Assembly (NCBI GenBank): GCA_964016885.1
Contig: OZ024742.1
Span: forward strand, 330,026,001 to 330,090,000
Reading direction: 5' to 3'
From: Eledone cirrhosa
Taxonomy: Eukaryota
Length of the DNA stretch: 64,000 nt
The notes under the pieces were generated by a model. That model had not been told where the DNA came from and did not search any database. It was given only the letters and a program-made list of their open reading frames with translations. Positions within the stretch are counted from its first letter, which is position 1, and each line of letters opens with the position of its first letter. This document shows positions 59,001 through 64,000 of the stretch, piece after piece. A program made the translations under genes and the position numbers.

Positions 59001-61314
59001 ATTGCTGCTCTATTGTCTAAGATTTATATGAATGAATGCGGCTGTTGTATATATTAAATATATGTTCAGTCAATAATGTATTTGAATTACTGTTTTGGCT
59101 TCATCTTACCGTTGTCTTTTGCATTTTACTCAAAATTTATTGTGATAGCAGAATATGTTAGGAGTGGTGTGGTTGTGTAGTGTGTAACCATTATAGGTAT
59201 TGTGTTCTGGAAATAATGCATTGTCTTCGTTTAAATTTGGTGTGCGCTAGCAATAAAAACAACATGCACTTTTTCTGGGAAACCACAAGTGACTTTAAAG
59301 ATTCTACTGATGATAATGTTTATACTCATACCGTGTAAAATAATTGAACATCCCAAAACAAATGTATTGGACATGCAATAGATTCCGAACGATCGTATCA
59401 CCAATATGCGACCATTACTTTATACACACACACACAGACACACACAGAGACATACACATACACACACACACATAAATATAAATATATATATATATGTATA
59501 TATATGTGTGTGTGTGTGTGTGTGTGAGGGTGTGTGTGTGTGTGTGTATAAACGAATCAACCCGAAAATATATTTTTGAGACACCAATGTATTAGTATTC
59601 TCAGGGAAATGTGAAAACTCGGCGTATGGGACCTGTTAGAACAGCATAACTGCGTTGGGTAAAATATTACCTCGAAGACAGAGATTAGTGGTTAGATGTA
59701 AGTTGACTCGAAGGAAGGAAGAGAAGATAGGAAGGAGGAAAAATAATGGTATGAAAGTGAACTGGTCACAAACATTAAATTATGCTCTTCAGACGTCAAC
59801 TTATTGCCGTTTCGACGAATTAATGAGATTACTGCGGGGGAATAGGAGGCTCGTAAAGGAGAAACAAATGTGTTCGTTCATATAATGTTTGTGTTGGGAC
59901 AGGCTAGAGAGAGAGGGAGAGGGAGAGAGAGAGAGGGAGAGGGAGAGAGAGAGAGAGGGAGAGGGAGAGGGAGAAAGAGAGAGAAAGAGAGAGAGAGAGA
60001 GTGAGAGAGAGTGAGAGAAGGATGAAGTAGTCTGATCGACCCCAAGTCGCAAGTACGTAATAATATAGGCGTCAGTAGAGCTGGCCTGTAGACGGGAGAG
60101 AGGGGAAGGAAAATTGTAACAGCGGGATGGAGAGGGTGTAAGATAGGGAGCTCTGAGAGAGAATGGGGAGAAATAAAGAATGAATATACGGTGGACAGAT
60201 GTAGAGAAAAGCAAAGACAACTCAGCTCAAGCATGGCATCAGTCCGCGCTAGATGTAACCAAGTTCTCTCTAGCTTATCCTTTCAAAGCTCATCATCTGC
60301 ATTCCTCTGCCTTATGAATTTGAACTGTGGATGTTGGGTTTCTGGATATTGACATCTGCACCCTCGAACTATATAAATTAATGAAGTATTCCACAGGCTG
60401 TTTATTTTATTTCAGGTATACATCCCCTTTTAACAACAAATTATAGGATTACTTATGAGATTACTTTCTAGCCAAGCAATCATCCGCGTTCAAGGGATAG
60501 ATATAAAAAACAATCATCTAATTATTTTTGGCACACAATATATTGGTTTATAGTTTCAGGGATTTATTGTGAGAATAATTATAGTACATCTCATTTACTA
60601 AGCAGTTAGTTGGTAATCCTGCTATGTTTAGTAATTTACTGAAATATGTTGCCACATATTAATGGATAATGCCGTGTTAATTCAGCAATTAACTGAAGAT
60701 TTCTTAGTAGGTTTTCATTTGTTTGCAAGTTACCACTAGATATTCTTGTGGTGCTATTTCCTAACAATAGATTGCATATAAATAATCTTTTTCATCTTTA
60801 AACAGATTTCCTGACACCTTTTTCTCAGGTCTAGTTGTACGATTTCTTATGTAAAATATTTCATTCATTTTATATACTTTGTATTACTGAGAGTATTACT
60901 CATTAGATTCAAATTGTCTCCTGAGACATTACCTCGTCAGCGTTTTATTCCTAATTCGTTCAGCAACTTCCATTATGCCTTTCTATGATTCTTTCATTTT
61001 CTGATTTTCTATTAGTGTTTTTCTTTTAGTGAGATGGAGAAAAAACTTTCGATCTACGGAAGTAAAGGTTAAGATAATTATAATATATATATATATAATT
61101 TTCAATCATATTTTATTTGTTTGACCTGAATTACTTGGTCGTTTCTCTGGCCTGTGCGTATAATGATTTAACCATCGTCTCAGTGTATTTGGTCTTTTAA
61201 CTTATGTTGTTGCTCTAGTTCACTAACTTCTATGGAGCGCTCGCCACAGATCTCGGAAGTTGTTTTTCGCTAATCTCCAATAGCCCAAGTACGATTCTCG
61301 CTAACTTATATTTG

Positions 61315-61405
<91 letters not shown>

Positions 61406-61407
61406 TA

Positions 61408-61830
61408 GGTATAGGATTATCCTAGATGTAGTAATGGTCAATTACTACACTGGATATGGTTGACGTACGGTGAGAGGTTACTCTACGAGTTATGGAAGAA
61501 TTGTTGCAGAAACTTAGTTCCTGATCCTTCTGTATTCCGGAGTGTATATTAAGAATGAATAATAACAAGTAGACATCATAAAAAGGTAATTTATTCCGTG
61601 TCTTTACAAATGTTTCCACGGTGGTAATACAGCCTAGTATGCTATGTGCACATTTACAACCATTCTGCTCTGAGGATACAGTGGTCACAGCATTTGATAT
61701 TTGAGTTCTGCAAATAGTTGTAAATTTGCACGTAGCATACTAGGTTGTATTACCACCGTGGAAACATTTGTAAGCACACGGAATAAAATACCTTTTTATG
61801 ATGTCTACCTGTTATTATTCATTCTGTATA
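61408..61830. mobile_element. Fold-back pLTR fragment
   Basis: About 61545-61662 mirrors about 61714-61830; TA arrays on both sides. Confidence 0.85.
61666..61776 (+). ncRNA. Type I hammerhead ribozyme with long helix II
   Basis: TGCT CTGAGGA TACAGTGGT..ACCACCGTG GAAA CATTTG TA AGCA. Confidence 0.8.
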
Positions 61831-61842
61831 TTTATATATATG

Positions 61843-61965
<123 letters not shown>

Positions 61966-62029
61966 CAAGGGTCTGGTACCATCAACAATATAACCACAAC
62001 ACAGAGCTGGCTTATCTAAGAAGTGACTA

Positions 62030-62087
62030 ACTGCCTGATAAGGTCATAGCCATTCAATGGCTATCATCGAAATATATATATAGCAGT
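62030..62087 (+). ncRNA. HHR related to the 14259 family, with G8 to A change
   Basis: ACTGC CTGATAA ggtcATAGCCAT..ATGGCTATcatc GAAA tatatata TA GCAGT. Confidence 0.65.
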
Positions 62088-62130
62088 ATATAAAGGTTAT
62101 GAGTTCATGCAGTTGACTTATATTTCGTCA

Positions 62131-62206
<76 letters not shown>

Positions 62207-63302
62207 AGATCAAAAGATGGTTAAAGGAGTTCCATATATTTTATTATGCGCATTTCAAAAACAAACATCATCAAGCAATAATATTTGTGTTTTCAAAAGA
62301 TAAAACAGGAGAACATGATATGAAGGCTAAAAAACACTTGTGGATAGTGCAGTTTTAAATCAACATATGAAAAATGGTTTTAGATTGATGTGTGATATTG
62401 GGAAAAATATTTTATTTAGAGAGGGGGGGAGGGGGGAAAGGATGAAAGGGGAGGAGATGATAGGGACAGATGGGTGATAGAGAGAAAGAGATAGTTTTTA
62501 TAACTGAGAGGAGATATATTTTTTACATAGAGAGGTTGAAAACCGTTGGAAGATACTGTATAAATTAAAAATTTTGAAAATTAACGAAGGGAGGATATGT
62601 GCGAGGAAAAATATTTTATTTAGGGAGGGGGGGGGAAAGGATGAAAAAAAGGGGGGAGGAGATGAGAGTGAAGGTGGAGAGGGAGAGATGGGTGATAGAG
62701 AGAAAGAGATAGTTTTTATAACTGAGAAAAAGATATATTGTTTTAATATAGAGAGGTTGGGAACCGTTGGAAGATAATGTATAAATTAAAGGAATTTGAA
62801 AATTAACGAAGGGAAATTATGTATGAAGATAGAGAGAAAAAAATAATAATTGTGGGTGAATATTCTAACGTCAAAAGAAGAAATGTATGTATTGTGGCAA
62901 TTTCAAAATTAGCGAAGAGAAAAATTGTTAAGGTTTGTGTGTAGAAGGATTTGAGAAAAATAATGTGAAGTTAAAGTTTGTATATGATATGTGCGAATAA
63001 AGAGTTAATATGTATTAATAATGAGTTCGTTGATGGGGAGAAAAAAATAATAATAAATTAAGGATGAAATTGAGATTAAAAAGATTTATGATAGAGAGAA
63101 AAAATAATAATGATTGCGGATGAATATTCAAATGACAAAAACAAATGCTATGATTTTACGAGAAGATAGAATGAGGGTAATGAGTAAACGAGTATTATAG
63201 AGTGTATAATGCCCTTTAAAGTAAGGTAGATGGGTATATTTTAAAGAGGTGTATGTATATGTGCCTTTGAGAAAAGATTCTAAATTGATAAAGAATTGAA
63301 TA

Positions 63303-63658
63303 TTAACTGTATACTTTGTGAAAAGTTCTATGGAATTTATGCAGGCAGATAGAAAACAAATCTGAGCGTCTATTTATTATAGAATCTAGGTTAGAGATAA
63401 TGATAAATTTTTCATTTAGGCAGAGATTACAGATTTTAGATAGAGAGCTGTTCAAGTATGAGGATGCAGAAGAAATCTTCTTCCAAAAGATGGTATATTT
63501 AATGTTTTTGTCTTTTAAGGACCATATGAGTTCTAAGAGAGCAGTGTTAGTTCTTTTAAGTTTGTATTTGAAAGATGAATGATGATTATAGAGACGAGCT
63601 TTAAAAGAGGTGGAAGTGGAGCCAAAATAGGTGAAGGAATTGGTGCTAGTTATATGAC
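63303..63658 (-). pseudogene. Naiad-like GIY-YIG fragment
   Basis: YFGSTSTSFKARLYNHHSSF..LIWSLKD..CNLCLNEK..INRRSD..CLH. Confidence 0.85.
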
Positions 63659-64000
63659 CGAACCATTCCTCCCAAGAACTCCGAGGATAAATCTCAAGGA
63701 TCACAAAAACAATTTTCGCACTGAACTACCTGTTAGATTAATCGCCCCCTCTAAATCTGATCTGGGGGTTGTTAGTAAAGCCATCTTGGATAGGATTATC
63801 CCACAGGTTAGTTCTAATTGCTCTTCTTTAAACCTAAATTTATGGTTTGGTACTTCTGAAGTGATTGGCTGGTTCAACACATTGGATAATAAAAACAAAC
63901 TAAAATTTATTCAATTTGATATTGCCAGCTACTATTGCTCCATTTCGCCTTCACTTCTCAATAATGCTCTATCTTTCGCACTTAAATATTCTGACATCAG
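63659..64000 (+). CDS. Naiad-like PLE reverse transcriptase (partial, open to window end)
   Basis: EPFLPRTPRINLKDHKNNFRTELPVRLIAPSKSDLGVVSKAILDRI..WFNTLDNK..FIQFDIASYYCSIS; not in the ORF track. Confidence 0.78.

Larger units (their letters stand above)
62205..64000. mobile_element. Naiad-like PLE: inverted 3' arm (62205-63658, minus) joined to a plus-strand RT running off the window
   Basis: Minus GIY-YIG, UTR and dead HHR; plus LKDHKNNF..RLIAPSKSDLG..FIQFDIASYY. Confidence 0.87.

Overview
AT-rich, repeat-dominated eukaryotic DNA with no recognisable host exon. The SINE type, LINE families and very dense (TA)n/(CA)n arrays resemble an octopod cephalopod genome (inference). Most long ORFs in the track are microsatellite artefacts. 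Real content: several Penelope-like elements (PLEs: one young copy with an open RT + GIY-YIG ORF, one decayed near-full copy, several Naiad-like fragments), two convergent Tx1/L1-like LINEs, an R4/Dong-like LINE, an inverted RTE fragment, a mariner relic, tRNA-derived SINEs and possible hAT relics. The main hidden signal is at RNA level. About a dozen type I hammerhead ribozyme (HHR) motifs from roughly eight sequence families can be folded by eye, including one family with a non-canonical CUGAGAA core. They sit in PLE pLTR/3'-UTR fragments embedded in (TA)n arrays. At least ten insertions are fold-backs. Wherever orientation can be read, both 3' ends point outward into (TA)n and end at TA-like microhomologies. 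Some pairs join two different families. This suggests a (TA)n-targeted, two-ended integration or break-healing system run by ribozyme-bearing PLE RNAs. Coordinates and identities were read by eye and are approximate.
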